From Lytechinus pictus (Eukaryota): 64,000 nucleotides of DNA. The stretch is taken from positions 26,414,001 through 26,478,000 of the forward strand of contig NC_087252.1 of assembly GCF_037042905.1 (NCBI RefSeq), read 5' to 3'. The notes under the pieces are model-generated. The model worked only from the letters and a program-made list of their open reading frames with translations. It was not told the DNA's origin and searched no databases. The translations under genes were made by a program, and so were the position numbers. Each line of letters starts with the position of its first letter. Position 1 is the first letter of the stretch. Of this stretch, positions 36,765 to 51,331 are shown in pieces.

Positions 36765-38949
36765 AATTGTACAAGGTTAGAGAACGTTACAGGACATCAT
36801 CATGACTGCTCATTCATGCATGCTCCACAAAATATTAATAAAAAAGTGTTGAGTTTGAAAAAAGGCTTTCGTAATTCCCTATGTACATTCAACCTGCAAT
36901 TCTGTACAGCATGGAAACATCAAAGTAAAGAATTTGGAGGAATATTCTGTGAACCTTTTTTCTTTCTTGGGAAGATGTCTAGAACAGGAAGCCGTAGGTC
37001 GTCAGATAGGAGCGTTCTAACCCCCTCCCTGTCACATCGCATCAGACTAGGGCCTCATTGATAGATACGCTATTTTATGTAAATGTAAACATGCCTTAAG
37101 GGGATATATCAAAAAGGAATAATGCAACGATTTCAATGAAATTATAAAATACATAGAGAAACTATCTAAAATATTGTTCTTTATATTGTGATCAATCATG
37201 TTTATGATTATAACATATTTACAATATGATATAATTACATAGATCGTCATTTTAAAAAATGCATTACATAAATTATGGTTCAAGTCATCAACAATTATTA
37301 TGAGATACTCATATTATTAAGCTCTTGTTTAAAGTTCTAATAGGTTGTGTAAATTTTAAAAAGATTTTTTATTGTCTAAGATAATCCTTAACTCCTGTCA
37401 TATTACATCAATGGTTCTAAGATCATTATCATACTCTAATAAAAAAATATATAGTAAAAACTGTCCCTCTCCATATCAACTTTTCCCAAAGTAAGTAATT
37501 TTTGTTTTGTTAAAATTCTCATATGTTTCCCACTACTTTTTCTATAATAAAGGCCTATTCATTATTTATTGTTCAGTGAGTTTATGTTGGTTTTTTCATT
37601 AGGGTAAAGGTGATGCTTACTTTTTTGCATTACAAGAAGTTGGAAGGTTTAAAAAAATCTTTCAAAATTGAGCCCCCCCCCCCCCCCCCCCCATCTTTCC
37701 AGTGTCTTCCCTTACAAACTTGTAAAAAAAAGTATCCCAAACAGAAGCTTTAACACTTTTTTATTATTATGTCGCTGTCAAATAATTGTTCCCTAACTTG
37801 AATAATAGACAGGTATCGAAACAGGTGTACATTACATGACTCTTTGAGTAATCTTGACTCATATTCCAAGCCCCCATCAATTATCACATGTTGAACTCCA
37901 ATGACACCTTCTGTCTGACATTCTACACTTCTGCTGCTTTTATTATGTAACATTCTATGCTCAAGAAATAAAAAGTACATGTTAATTAGTGATACAGAAG
38001 TTGTTAATTCCTGGGAAAATTAACTTATTCATACTCTCATTTCTTTCTCTCTCTCCCTTTTTATTGTTCTTTTCCCTTCTTCTCACTTTGCCTCTTCTTT
38101 ATTTTGACCTTCAAAGTCTTTCTGCTATTTCTACCTCTGCAATTTGTAAGAACCACATGTGGCAAAGTCAAGGTTAATATAATAACTTTCTTTCAGTCTG
38201 AATCATATTCAATTTCAATTCATCTGCTCATAAAACTCCATGAAATATACAACATAGGGCCTATACAACGCGTCATTATTCTCATAGCAATTAAGTACAT
38301 ATATTTGATTTATTAGAGTATGAGAGTGACAGCAAGAAAGAAACAAGCCTTATAATTCACTGAATCTGTATTGATATTGATAATAACCCCCAAAAAATAA
38401 AATTACTAAACCACAATGTAAGGGGGTATTCCGATATAACACTCAGACAAACAAACTTGACATTTAATGGCTTGATTTTGACTTCAAAAAGATTAATGAA
38501 ACTGGTTGTTTAAAATCTACAGTTAAGATGTTAGGTCCTTGGATAAGAGTGTTTCAAATATATATTGTTATCTAGATGAATAACACTCAAAATACCATAT
38601 CATTTGAAAAAAAATATATCATCAAGATGTTAAATATTCTGTTACTTTATAACCAGAAGTGAACATCACAGTACATACTATAGGTCGTCTCTCGATGAGG
38701 ACCACAGTGCTCGCCGCCGAGGTCAAAGAGGGTTAAATGATGCTATAGAATTGATCAATTTATTTATTTGTTTAAATGGACCACATAGAATTCTATGCCA
38801 AGAGGACCAGTGTTTTGAGGAAGCTGAAGTTTGAGATGTAGCCATGATTTTAGAAGCTTGCAACTTTGGAACTGCCTGAGCAAGCAACATTTCTAACATT
38901 AATGATAAATTTTGCCAAATTGTGGGCCAGAGGTTTGATTTATAATAAA

Positions 38950-39224
38950 TAATGATTATAATATGTCGATTTCTATAGTGCACTTACTGTATGCATATAC
39001 TCAACTGCGCTTCAGTACTTGATATATTATTACCCTGGCTGTAGCTGAGCCGCCATATGCGCTAAAGCATTCAAGGAATGATTCCTACCGGGTATCCACT
39101 CACCTCACGTGGGCCGAGAGCAGCACAATGTGGATAAATTCCTTGCCAAAGGAATTCACGCCATGGCTGGGATTCGAACCCACGACCCTCTGTTTGAAAG
39201 TCCAGAGACTAATCAACTGGGCCA
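38950..39224 (-). mobile_element. tRNA-derived SINE copy
   Basis: Homologous to 19830-20097 and 60292-60560; B box GGTTCGAATCC on the minus strand. Confidence 0.8.
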
Positions 39225-39420
39225 ATTATAGCAGTCCAATTTGCAACATTTCAAAATACTTAATCTGATGAAAATTACTAAAAGATGGTCCACAGGAAAT
39301 ATCCTTCTCATGAAAATGTGGGAGATAACAGGAGCGCTACACCCCCCCCCCTCCCCCATCACCAAATGATACGCTACTTGAGCACCCCTGCAATATCATG
39401 AAGAAATGTGCTATAAAACT

Positions 39421-39691
39421 GGCCCTGTCTTACAAAGAGTTATGATTGATCCAATCAATCGTAACTCTATGGAAATCCATCAGTGTCATAATTTTTTCTA
39501 CAGGAAATGTGCAAAATGTCCTTTGTAAACAAAGGAGAAGACACCAAACTGTCAAGAAATCAATGAATTTATGGATATACATTCATATCTAGAAAAGAAA
39601 TTTGAGCAAACATGCATTGTACATGTTGACTTTGCTGGCTTTCCATAGTTGCGATTGATCGCACCAATCGCAACTCTTTGTTAGACGGGCC
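39421..39691. mobile_element. Family D MITE copy
   Basis: Reverse complement of 34878-35148. Confidence 0.8.
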
Positions 39692-39772
39692 CATGTCTAA
39701 AATTGCTGAATATGAAAACCAGTGTAGTTCAAGTTTGATGCTGACCCACCAGGAAATGATCCGGCCAACCTA

Positions 39773-40014
39773 CACTGCAAAAACTCCGGTGTTGATTTAA
39801 CACCAGCCCAGAATCTATGTATGTCCACACCAGAGAAGTATTGAAACAACACCAGTTTGGAATCAAACCGATGTTGTTTTAATACTAATTGGTGTTGTAT
39901 AAACACCTTTCTGGTGTTAGACCAAAACGAAACTGCTGTTGTTTAACACTTCTCTGGTGTGGACACATATAGATTCCGGGCTGGTGTTAAATCAACACCA
40001 GAGTTTTTGCAGTG
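39773..40014. mobile_element. CACTG...CAGTG MITE flanked by TA (EnSpm/CACTA-like ends)
   Basis: TA|CACTGCAAAAACTCCGGTGTTGATTTAACACCAGCCC ... GGGCTGGTGTTAAATCAACACCAGAGTTTTTGCAGTG|TA; near-palindromic overall. Confidence 0.85.
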
Positions 40015-40924
40015 TAAAGAGGAGACAGAATTTGGAGCTGAATACATAGGCCTACAGAGTCATTGGACTGCGTTCAGAAGAATTCATAAGTATTTATAAG
40101 TATGTACAATTGAACCAAGCTTCCAGAACAAGCCACTGAACAATTTCTTTATGAATTGAAAATTCTGTAGACTGAAAAGAAAGCAAACTCAATTTCAATC
40201 ATTTTAACATCAAATACATTTTATATGCAGTGTCTGTCTGCCAAATGTGTGCCAATATCAAAATCCAACCAGTATGGAAATGGCTGTTCCAATATTGGTT
40301 CAGCTTTCTTCATTGGTTTCCATCATTTTAGCAAAGGGACATTGTTATGTTGTCACAAAAACAGCGATTGTTGTGAGAAAGACAGCTGGGTCGGATAGGA
40401 AAGGAAGTGACTTTCAGTGGCTTTTGAAGCACTTCAGCAAACACCTGAGTTGTTACTAAAGGGTATTAGCCAAGTGTACTTTGAAAAGTGATACATTTAT
40501 GTATGAAGTTACGTTGTCAAAGGAGGTCTTTACAAGTCTTTAAAAAGATGAAGTATTCTAGAAATGAAGTATTCTACAACTGAAATTATATATTTTTCAA
40601 ATTTTCAGTTGTGTGGGGTTTTTTTTTCCTGGGGAACTGGTTACCATGCTTTATATTATGCACATGTAGTAAAAATGCTGATTTTTATACAATATTGTTT
40701 ACTAAATTAAATTTACAGTAGTTGTTTAACAGTTACTTTAAAAAAGTGTTTAAAATCTTTTAAGTTTGATTCTAATATTCAATCATCAATAAATTAAGCA
40801 TGGTTGTTTAAATTTCCAAACACTTTTCAAACTGTTGAATAACCACTGTAAGCAGTGTTATACTAGTACTCAAGCTTTAAAAAGCATTTACTATGTGTTT
40901 TAACAGTTCCATTGATCTGGATTT

Positions 40925-41480
40925 TCATCTGATATTGGATTCTATTTCATTTATGAGAATGAACTGATAATCTAGTATGCATATCTGTTGCTATGTCAAA
41001 AAAGCTTGGGCAATCATCACTGGCAATCATAAAATATGAAAATAATATAGAGCAATTTCATGCAAGTTCGACATATTACATTTTTTTTAAGTTTCTAATA
41101 ACCTGAAAATTTGTCAGGGTCTTGTCTGACATAGCACCAAGAATGCTACTGTACAGTTCAAGTAGTAAACAGTAGGCCTATTGCAAAAACAAGCATCATT
41201 AATCAGCACTATACTGCGTGTTGCATTGACCTGACATTTGGCTATTGGATTCCATTTCATTTTGTGAATGAACTGATATGTTGCTATGTCAAGCAAAGCT
41301 TGAGCAAGCAACAGGACAACCCAAAGAGGATTTAGTCAAAGTTCATGAAAAAAATGAATGAAACAACAGATAGAGCAATGTACTGTAAGTTAAACACATT
41401 AAAGTTGTAACTTGTATGATTGTTTTTGATAACCTGAGAGTTTGTCTGAGGATTGTCAGACATAGCATTAACAGTTTCAT
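40925..41480. repeat. Diverged tandem duplication (~310-330-bp period)
   Basis: AATGAACTGATA..TGTTGCTATGTCAA..AAAGCTTG and ATAACCTGA...TTTGTC...GACATAGCA each appear twice. Confidence 0.7.
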
Positions 41481-42056
41481 TCAACTAAGATCTACTTCCT
41501 CACTCCACATCCATGAAGAACAATCATTACAATTCAAATAGGCCTATAGTCCTATAACTGCTAATTCTCAAGAAATTATACAGCCAATGCAGACAGAAAT
41601 AAGAGTAACATATTTCATACAATTTACCAAGTTCCTGTGTAATCCCATTATGAAATGGATTAATTACATCAAGCAGCAGCTGCTTGCAATCCTAATCTCC
41701 TTGGATTAGCCATATTAAGCCATCAACCTAAAAGCCTAATTCCTTGACCTTAAGAGTGATTTCAAGACATTACTAGGCCGTGTTCAAGGAGTTATTTGCA
41801 CGGACTGCCCTTGAGACAAACTTCACCTACTTGGAGGGCAGCTTCTGAAGTCTCCCTTGACTTTACTTCATGTCAGTCAATATTAATATTTTGTACTTTT
41901 TGTTCCTGTTGCCATGGCAAACAAAGCTTTTCACATTGCCTCATATTGTATTATTTTCCTACACCTCTTTCCTTTCTGTTTTTCAGTCCACTATTTTTTT
42001 CTCGTTTCACGTATAATGAAAATGTTACTAGTGCCATATAATTGTATAAACTCATA

Positions 42057-42368
42057 GGCCTGTATTCTGAAGTCAGGTTTAATTTAAACTCTGGTTTTAA
42101 GTTGTGGTTTAACTATGGAAGGCCAGTTGTTACATAAATCTCTAACAGTAGAGGTTCAATGTATCAGCTCATTTGACTCCCAAAACATTATTTACTGCCT
42201 GGGAAGGATAAGTATGACAACTGTCTTCACCATTAGATAATTAGTGAAGAGCACAGTTAACATGAGAAGCATTCACTGTAAACAAAATTTTGAAACGTTT
42301 GGCTTCCCATAATTCTAGCACAGAGTTAGACCATGGTTTGAGTTAAACTCGACTTCAGAATACAGGCC
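42057..42368. mobile_element. Family C MITE copy
   Basis: GGCCTGTATTCTGAAGTC / GACTTCAGAATACAGGCC. Confidence 0.85.
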
Positions 42369-42965
42369 ATGTTGTTTAGGTATTACACTCCTGACACATT
42401 ATTTACCTAACTTTAGCCTAGTTGCCAATAAGGCACTAAAAGCATTTCAAGGAACAGTTCTTGCAAGATACCCATTTACCTCACCTGGGCCAAGTGTGGC
42501 AAATGTGGACTGACACACCATCATGGCTAAACCTATGTGACTTATAATCAATTTTGGTCCAATAACCATTTTGGTCCAAATATAACTGGTCTAATTGTCA
42601 CTTAGTCTCATGGCTAGAGGGTCTGATTTCCATTGTGTCTACCCATTATTTACCACTTGGTCAAAAAAAATTTGGTTCATAAATTCCTTTCTTATCAACG
42701 GGTGTTAGGCAAAATGAATACAGCCTAATAGGGAAAAAGAAATACAAATGGAAATGGGCTAAATGGCAGGCCAAAATGGTGGTATAGGCCTATAAACTAC
42801 AATCAGACCATGAAAATAACAGCTAGTAGCAATTTACCTAGAGCTCTTACTTGTCTGATGGTCATACAATCTACTCTTCTCCAACATCATTCATTCTAAA
42901 ATTAAAGCCATGTGAACAACTCCAAAGCAACATGACCATTGGGATGAAAGCTATTAGAATGCCTG

Positions 42966-43275
42966 GGGCCGATTGCACGAAAGGGTCTTTCAAAGGACCG
43001 TCTTTCGTGTCGCCCATCTTTTATGATGCGCTATAAGCGGGGTGTTCCTGAAATTTATGATAAACAAATAAAATTCATAAGCTTGCTTTTAAATCAAATT
43101 TTATACAATTTCATGAGTTATACATCATTTTATAAACAAATATTTTGTTTATTTTAACGGACAAATAAAATATGTTTGCAGATAATTTATTTGAAATGCG
43201 TTTCACATGGCGCATCATATAAAATGGGCTACACGAAAGACGGTCCTTGCAAAGACCCTTTCGTGCAATCGGCCC
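42966..43275. mobile_element. 310-bp Harbinger-like MITE with ~65-bp TIRs, CTG TSD
   Basis: CTG|GGGCCGATTGCACGAAAGGGTCTTT ... AAAGACCCTTTCGTGCAATCGGCCC|CTG. Confidence 0.85.
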
Positions 43276-44055
43276 CTGGGTAACACTCAGTTTAATATAT
43301 GAGTCACTGCAAGCATGTCAATGCTGTAAAAAAGACAGGTAGACCAACCTCACACTGCAATATACTGGTGTTATTTAACACCAGCCAATTATCTTTCAAA
43401 ACAGAAGTGTAGAAACAGTACCAGTTTGGTTTGGGGCTAACACCAAATATTTTATGTAATTAACACCACTCAGTGTCAGTGTTGAAGCATCATTTGATTC
43501 CAAACAAAACTGGTGTGGTGTCAATATGTCTTTGGTGTTATCTACACTGAAAGGGTTACGCTTTTAAAGCAACAATTAAATAAATTAATCATTTGAAGAA
43601 GTGGTTTACTCATTTACATGTGGCAGATGAAAGTCAATCAAGATTTAAGTAGAAAAATAAAATAATACATGTAAAATGAAAGGATTTCAACAGAATAAAT
43701 AAAAATTATGAAAACTACTCTATCATGCAGCTTATGTCATATAAATGTAATTCCACTGTTAAATTGACAGTGTGATAGTCAGAATGTTAACCCAAAAGAA
43801 AGATTGTCATAACAGGTAGAATAACTCTCGTCTAAGAGTGAGTGTTTAAAGGAAAGAGAGGAAGGAAGGACTCGTTTAAAGAAGGAAAGCTTAATCAGAT
43901 AAGTATAGGTGAGAAGGTATGTTGGTTATGAAAGAAACGCAGGTGGTTGGGCGCTAACGAGAAAAGACAGTAGGTGATTAACACCATAGACACTCTGACC
44001 TGTATTCTTAACACATGGGGGTATTTTTTTTGGCAGACTGAGTGCAGACCGAGTT

Positions 44056-44242
44056 ACCACGAATGCATATAGCATTTCCATTTATTTGAATGCAGGATAA
44101 AAGAGCACTGCCGATTAAATGCCTTGCTCACGGGCATAGGTGCCGCGGCCGGGGATCGAACCATGGACTTTCCATGTGTAGCCAGGCACCTTAGACCACT
44201 CGCCATGACACCTCCACACTCACTCGGCCACAGCACCTCCAC
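44056..44242 (-). mobile_element. tRNA-derived SINE fragment with duplicated 5' head
   Basis: Minus-strand B box GGTTCGATCC, then CCCGTGAGCAAGGCATTTAATC; CACTCG..CACCTCCACACT occurs twice. Confidence 0.65.
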
Positions 44243-45521
44243 ACTTAAACACAGCTTTAATTAAAACTCTGGTCTAAACTTGTGGTTTACATATGGATAG
44301 CCAATTGTGGCGCATATCTTGGCAGTATACTGGTTATCAACTTCCATTTACAAGTTACGCAACTCCACTTACTTCAGTAAAAAGTCAATGTTCAGTTTGA
44401 AAAAAGGACATTCAGCATTTATCTTTGGCAAATATTCTTAACAAGGGTTTATATAAACTCTGGTCTAAAGTTGTGGTTTAACTATGGATAGCCAATTGTG
44501 GCACAATTAATGGAGAGTTGTCCACAAAATCAGCCATTTTGAAGCATGATTGCCAATTTGAGGATCCCCATAGAAAGTAAAACAAGAGTTTTCAAACCTC
44601 CATACCTTGCTTATTTCATAACCGATTTTGATGAAACTTTTTTTTTTATCGTTCCTCTCATTTTACTTTTTCCAATAAGATTGTTTCTCTTCTTAGGTTT
44701 TGGTTTCCTTTAACAGTGACTCCAGGTTCAATTTATCTGCTCCTTTGAAATTCAAAATAGGGGGCATATTGAACTTTTTAGGCATGTGATTTTCTTTTTA
44801 AAATTCAGATACCCCCGCCATATGAGTTTTTGGTATCCTTTCTTCAAATTGTTTTTGCTCACTCATGCGTGAACAAGGAATAATCTAAGTAATATCAGAT
44901 GAAAGAGGAGATTCTAAGCTTTACATTGGTAGGTCATTTGTCTATTGTATTTGTGATTAAGATATGATGAATCATCGCTTAATCTCGGTTTCGTTTTTTC
45001 TGGGACGCACTGTATCTAAGCAAGTGTAATTAAATATCATTATTATTAAACTGGAGATAATCTTATATCAATGATTGTAGCAGGAATCTAATTCCAACAT
45101 GCTGTAAAAGTGATTTAAACTTTAAAACCAGTGAAATAGCATAAAAACACATGTTGTATTTCTGTGGGTATTTAAACATAGACTTGATTCTACGGCAAAA
45201 CATAGGCTACTTCATTAGTGCACTTTCATAGATCGATGTTCAGAATTTCCCATACTTGTCAAACTCTTCTTTAAATGAATTTAGCCATCATGAATCTGGG
45301 CCAATCTTAACCAAATGTCTTTCCATTTCCTTCTAATAACACAATAACCTTCCTCCTTCCTTTATTCTGACCTTCCTCAAAACATTGCACTTGCAGAAAT
45401 AAACTCATTTTAGATCAAAGTATATGAAAATACCATCAGTTTCATAAAGAAGAGACAGATTGAGTGTCACATTCATGTTGTAAGTGTTTTTTATAAAATT
45501 TCATTGGTGCTAGTTTCTTTT

Positions 45522-45965
45522 CGACTGACTGATTGATTGACTGACTGACTGACTGACTGACTGACTGACTGACTGACTGACTGACTGATTGATCGATTGA
45601 TCGATTGATTGATTGATTGATTGATTGATCAATTGAATGATCGTTTGGTTGGATGATCACTTGATTAATGATTAATTTACTTATCAACTGATTGATTGAA
45701 TGATTGATCGATTGATCAATTGTTTGATTGATTGATTGATTTAATGATAGTTTGGTTGGGTGATTGATTGATCAATTGATTGATTCATTCATTCATTCAT
45801 TCATTCATTCATTCATTCATTCATTCATGTATTGATTATTAAATGGTTGTGCGACTGATTGATTAGTGGGTAGGCTGGTTGATCACTTGATTAATGATTA
45901 ATTTACTGATCGACTGATTGATTGATTATTTGATTGATTGATAAGTTGATTGATTGGTTGATTCA
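45522..45965. repeat. Compound tetranucleotide microsatellite (GACT)n/(GATT)n/(CATT)n
   Basis: Read directly. Confidence 0.95.
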
Positions 45966-46456
45966 TTAAATTATTGCCAATAATCTTTTTTTGTAAACTC
46001 TTTGATGCCTGAGTGTTAAAGTTTTTTATTATTATCTGCATAACTGAATGATTTAACAGTAGAATGATCCCACTTTTCTGTTTTCCAAGGGTCCCCCCCC
46101 CCCCACTCTCTCTCTCTCTCTCTCTTTCTCTCCCTCTACATCTTCATCTCCTTAAATCCTTAGAAAACTTTTATTTCTTGATCATTTTCAGATTAGTTTT
46201 TCAGCAACAAAACATCCATTGTGCTCTACTTGTTTGATCAATGACAAAGTGATTTTCTTAGACCTTGTATACCAAACAATCTTAGTATCAGTTCAGTTTC
46301 ACCAAAACATAGGCAGTCTATTGTCAAACAAATGAATACAAATTTACAATATATTTTATCAAAGAGAGTACCAGAACTCTCGTCTTGATATATAACATGA
46401 TATTGATAAGTCATTATATTTTCATTTTTCGTTGGTATTCTTTATAATAAACTTAC

Positions 46457-46659
46457 CTCAAAGCAGTTGGGGAAACATATCTGCCGTTCATAATTCCAGT
46501 CGTAGTTTGTCCATATAAGCGTTGGGCATTGGAAGTATAGAAGGGAATCGACACAAAAATACAGAAAATACCAGCAAGAAAATAACTGAGGCACAGCATG
46601 CTGCTTCGAGCAGTCCTATCAAGGCCGCTGACCGCGGAACCCCGGGGTAGCAGCACCAT
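46457..46659 (-). CDS. Fibrillin/LTBP-family-like protein, first coding exon (signal peptide)
   Basis: ATG in strong Kozak context GCCACGATGG; hydrophobic stretch LCLSYFLAGIFCIFVSIPF then a SNA|Q-type cleavage site; ends TTG AG|gtaagt (phase 2), joining exon 2 as ...TALR-GPHVC. Confidence 0.8.
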
Positions 46660-47110
46660 CGTGGCACCGCTAAGGTGGTTTGATACTTTCAGAAAGTTTG
46701 GTCTCCTTTACAGATAAGAAGCAAAATTCGTTTTCCACTGATGGCAAACAGATGTCGCTCAATATTTCACACTTTCGAATGTTGTGAATCCTCTAATAAT
46801 CATCCATAGAGTGGAAGGGGGTTTATCCCGAGATTAAAATGTACTCCATTGTCGTCGGTCAATCCAAAATCAAAGACTGATGACAGGTTCCACAAACTTT
46901 GTTCAAACCTCCTCAACGTGCAGAATGCAACTGTCAAAGTACAGCGGTGATCCGAGCACGAAAACTTGCACGGTACTTTATGCTTGCACACAGGTGCCGC
47001 TGCCTCAAGTGGTGGACAGTGGTGCGTGCATCCGCATCGTCGGGTATCAATCGTGAGGATTTTTATCTCGGAACTCCTTTTATTTTGGTAGGCCTATCCA
47101 TGGATGGTAA
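46660..47110 (-). promoter_or_regulatory. Probable 5' UTR / proximal promoter of the fibrillin/LTBP-like gene
   Basis: Repeat-free, relatively CpG-rich stretch directly upstream of the ATG; the transcription start cannot be located. Confidence 0.35.
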
Positions 47111-48189
47111 AGGGATAGTATGAAATGGAGTTCAATTCCAAACCCAAACTTTTCTACCATTTCTTAACTTAGCAAAAGTGGACAGGGCTATTATAATACC
47201 GAGAATCACCCCTTCCCAGTTTTTTTTTTCAACTGGGGAAAGGGGGAAGGGGGGGGCCAAGAAAATGGAAATAGGAGGGGGGTAGTTTTTAAAACAGGCG
47301 ATCTGGAGCCTTTGAGGAATAACTCATGTCCCCCCCCCCCCCACCTTTACTTCTATCTGCACCTCCTATGCTTTAAAAAATAGGATTGCAGCCTCCTGAT
47401 CTGTGACTGACCCTCGCCATTATTACTTCATAAAATAATGTTCACAACTCCCAAAGAAAGAGAGGGGTGAAGAATGGAGCCATAATAGGCCATAGTCGGA
47501 TCCAAGAAAATGGGGGGGGGGGCCGCTGCGTAATATTGGGTAAAATTTTAACCAATAGGGCCTACGAGGGTAATTATGTGTCCATCCAATTTGGGGCAGT
47601 ATTTTACCCAATGCGGGAAGCATATTGTCCAGTAAGGTTAAAAAATAAGCAGCAATCACTTTAGAATGGGCACAATTTTCATCACACTGGATAAATAAAA
47701 ATGCCCAAAAGAAATGTCCAATGTTGGTTGGACACATGCATAATTACCCTCATGGAGCATTTTTACCCAATATTTTTTAGAGTGTGCGTTTCGCGCTCCC
47801 ATTGCCTGTGCACCAAGATACATAATTCTGTTCACCAAGATTTAATGGCGCTTAAGAAATCCAGTTTTGAAGTCCGTGTACAAAAAAAAATCTGCTCGCG
47901 CTTCGAGCATTCATTTTCATTGTGAGATACACATCATGACTCTTATGATTACAAAACAATGATTGAAATCTCCCTTGTTCATGTCTGAACATTAACAAAT
48001 TTCAGCTCACATTATTTCATTAGTCAGATACGTATATCCTCTTGATTCATGCAGTGGTTCAAACATTTTCTATTTAATATATCATTAATTCAAACTCTGG
48101 TTTTGCGCTCGCTAATTGTTTCGTAAAATACACATCCAGTTCAAGATTACCCAAAATGCTTAATGTTCCGTTTTTAGCACACTTTCACA

Positions 48190-48328
48190 TCCTACCGGGT
48201 ACCCATTTAGCACCTGGGTGGCAAAGTGTGGATTAACGTCTTGCCAAATGACGCCAGACCGCGGTGGGATTCGAACACACGACCCACTGTTTACAAGGCG
48301 AGAGTCAGAACCACTACACCACGGCTCC
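48190..48328 (-). mobile_element. SINE 5' half, same subfamily as 31077
   Basis: Close reverse complement of 31077-31225. Confidence 0.8.
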
Positions 48329-50694
48329 TCCACACAGTATAATTAACGCAATCTTTTAATCATTACAATAAATCGAGAAAGCTGAGGTCTTCAGTGCGTT
48401 TTATTGTCTTCCATCTTTAAAATAAAAGTTGCATCTTGTGTTGAATGTTATGCCGATTAGAAAATATCAGTCTCAGGCCTGATCATTATGGTAATTTTTG
48501 GTCACGTTTGTCCACCAAACGTCCAAAAAATGTAAATTCCATTAATGCTTAGAGTTCACTTCTAAGGGAGAATCAATATAATTATCATCAGTACAAAAAA
48601 GGGTGTACAACCTGCACTGTTTTACAATCAACATGGCCCTGGGAAGCGCGGGGGAGGGGGTGCTGAAGCACCCTCAAGGTTTACTCGGAGGGGGGGGGGG
48701 TGCTGCGTGCATTATTCACCGTAGGCAGCACTCCTATTTGGGAAAGCTGCCCCCGGCCTGGAAGTAACAGAACTGTACAGAGGCACGGGCCTGATCGTAA
48801 ACTATAAAGGTCAACTTTTTTATAATTCCGAACCCGAAAAAAAAAATCTGGTTATGGGCCTGTGTTTGCAAAGTGAATTTAAGTTTCTAGTCATGGCCAC
48901 CATAATGTAAACATACATTTTTTTACTGAAAATTTTCACGAAATTCTCCAAAAGTGTATGCAAAAATGTTTTGCCATAAAATGCCAAATATGCCCCAGGT
49001 TTCTCTCATAGCTCTCAATGCATCGTAGATATGAGATAACAGTACACAGAATACATTTTATGATGCTCAAAAGGTTTTATTTTTTATACCCTGATTGTCA
49101 GAGCACTGGGAATTATATTTTTTACAGGGATGCTGGTTTGAATTTGACATGCAAAAAAATATATATCAAAGCAAAACAACCAAACAAAACGAAAAAAAGG
49201 TGATGTCCTTACAAAATGAAGTAATTTTGAGTAATATTTCTGCTATTTAGCATACCTACCAGAATTCCAGGAGTGCTGCCTATGGTGAATAATCCACATT
49301 TTCCCCGATCAGCCGCTAATAACTGCCTAAAGGCTGAAAATTTTCGTACATCTTGACATTTTTTTTTTTTTGGGGGGGGGGGACATTTAGACATAAAAAA
49401 CGGGACATTCTAAGTACCTTTTGTAATCATAAATAGAAAAAGTATAAAACTTAACAATGCGAAAGCAAAAGCGTTGTCCTGGCCCTGGAAATATTTGATA
49501 TAGGCATAGGCCTACTGATCTGAAAAGGGGGAAATTTCCCAAACTTTTAATGGGAATTGCTGAAGAGGATATGCATCTTGCTAGTCAAAAAAAGTATTAA
49601 AAAAATCACATTCACCAATTTTTCATTATAATGAAGAGCCTGATGTCTATCTCGCTGAAACAAAATAATGAAACTGGAATCTCACGCAGAGTAGTTTGTG
49701 AATATTGACTTGAAAACGGGATATCTTAAGTCCCATATTATCCTCTTGTCCAGATTATTATCTCACTCAAGGCGATGTTAGCGCGAAGCGCGAGCCATTT
49801 CTTGGGGTCGGTTGTTTTATATAATAACCTGATTTTTTCATATACGTATATTCAATTATTCTCCTACGTTTCTTTTTCTTCTTCCTCTTCTCATTCTCTT
49901 TTTCTTCTCTTTTCTTCCCCCTTTTCTAGCTGTTGGGTTCCATGGAACATCGGCCGCCCCCCATCCCCGGCTACGGGCCTGCAACATCCACTTATTTTTC
50001 AGACAGTGCACGTTCCAAATTTGTGAAACCTATCTCTGTTCAAAAGTTTCTTCTCTGAAAAGTTAGGTAATTAATAGAACTTATATATAAAAGTACAAAT
50101 AATAATGAATGTACCTTAAAATTTTAGGGAAATGTTTTCTAAATTATTTACAACACACATTGTGAGAGAAAAGAAATTGTGTGTGTCACATGAGACAGTT
50201 ATAGGCTACCTTGATCGTAAATAAATGGGCAAGTGGTCCGTAATAGGCATACTAATCAAATTTGCTGTGAAAATGAAATGGCTAGATTGAGCAAAGCCTG
50301 AGTGAATAATCTTAAAATGAAATGGAAACAAACATTTGTCTAATAAATTAACACCCAAACAACAAACACTGTACTTAGGAAATGATCTGGAATCGGCCCT
50401 TTTTCAAGACGAATTAATAAATTGTCTTTTTTTGTAAAGATTTCATTCATTTTACAATGGTCATATTTTATTCAGTTTTATTATCATAAGTGCTCTTAAA
50501 TTTCTGAAAACTTTACAAAGTATATAGGTAAATTGCGGCGTCACTCCAATAACTGCAGCTCTGGAGCAAATCTCCATATACTGCCCTCTTTTGTCAAATA
50601 CATTATAGTTTCCCCCCGGTACATTGGTTACATTCTGGTTTGGATCAGCTTTCTGGACGAAACTATTTTCCAGGTATTCGTGTTTACCTATATC

Positions 50695-51331
50695 AGCACC
50701 ACCACTACCACCACCATCATCATCGTCATCATCATGCTCCTCATCCTCACCATCATCACTCATCATCACTATCTTCCTCCTCATCATCATCCCCATCACC
50801 ACCAAAAACATTGCCATCTCCACCAATATACTCTTTTTTATCACCATCATTATAGCCATCATAATCATAATCATCCTCAACATTATCATCATCATCACCA
50901 CCACCACCACCACTATCATCATCATCACCACCATAATCACCATCACCATCATCACCATCACCACCACCATCATCAACACCACCACTTTCATCATCATCAC
51001 CACCGTAATCACCACCACCACCACCATCACCACCACCATCATTACCATCATCATCACCACCACCATCATCTTCAACACCACCACCACCATCATGATCTTC
51101 ATCACCACCACCATCAACATCATCATCATCATCACCACCATAATCATCATCACAACTACCATCACCATTATCATCATCACTATCATCACCACCACCATTA
51201 TCATCATCATCACCACCACCATCATCATCATCACCATCATCATCGTCATCATCAATCATCATCACCGTCATCATCATCACCACCACCACCACCACCATCA
51301 TCCTCCTCCTCAGCATTATCATCACCATCAT
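50695..51331. repeat. ~640-bp (CAT/CAC)n trinucleotide repeat
   Basis: Read directly; explains the five overlapping low-complexity ORFs. Confidence 0.95.
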
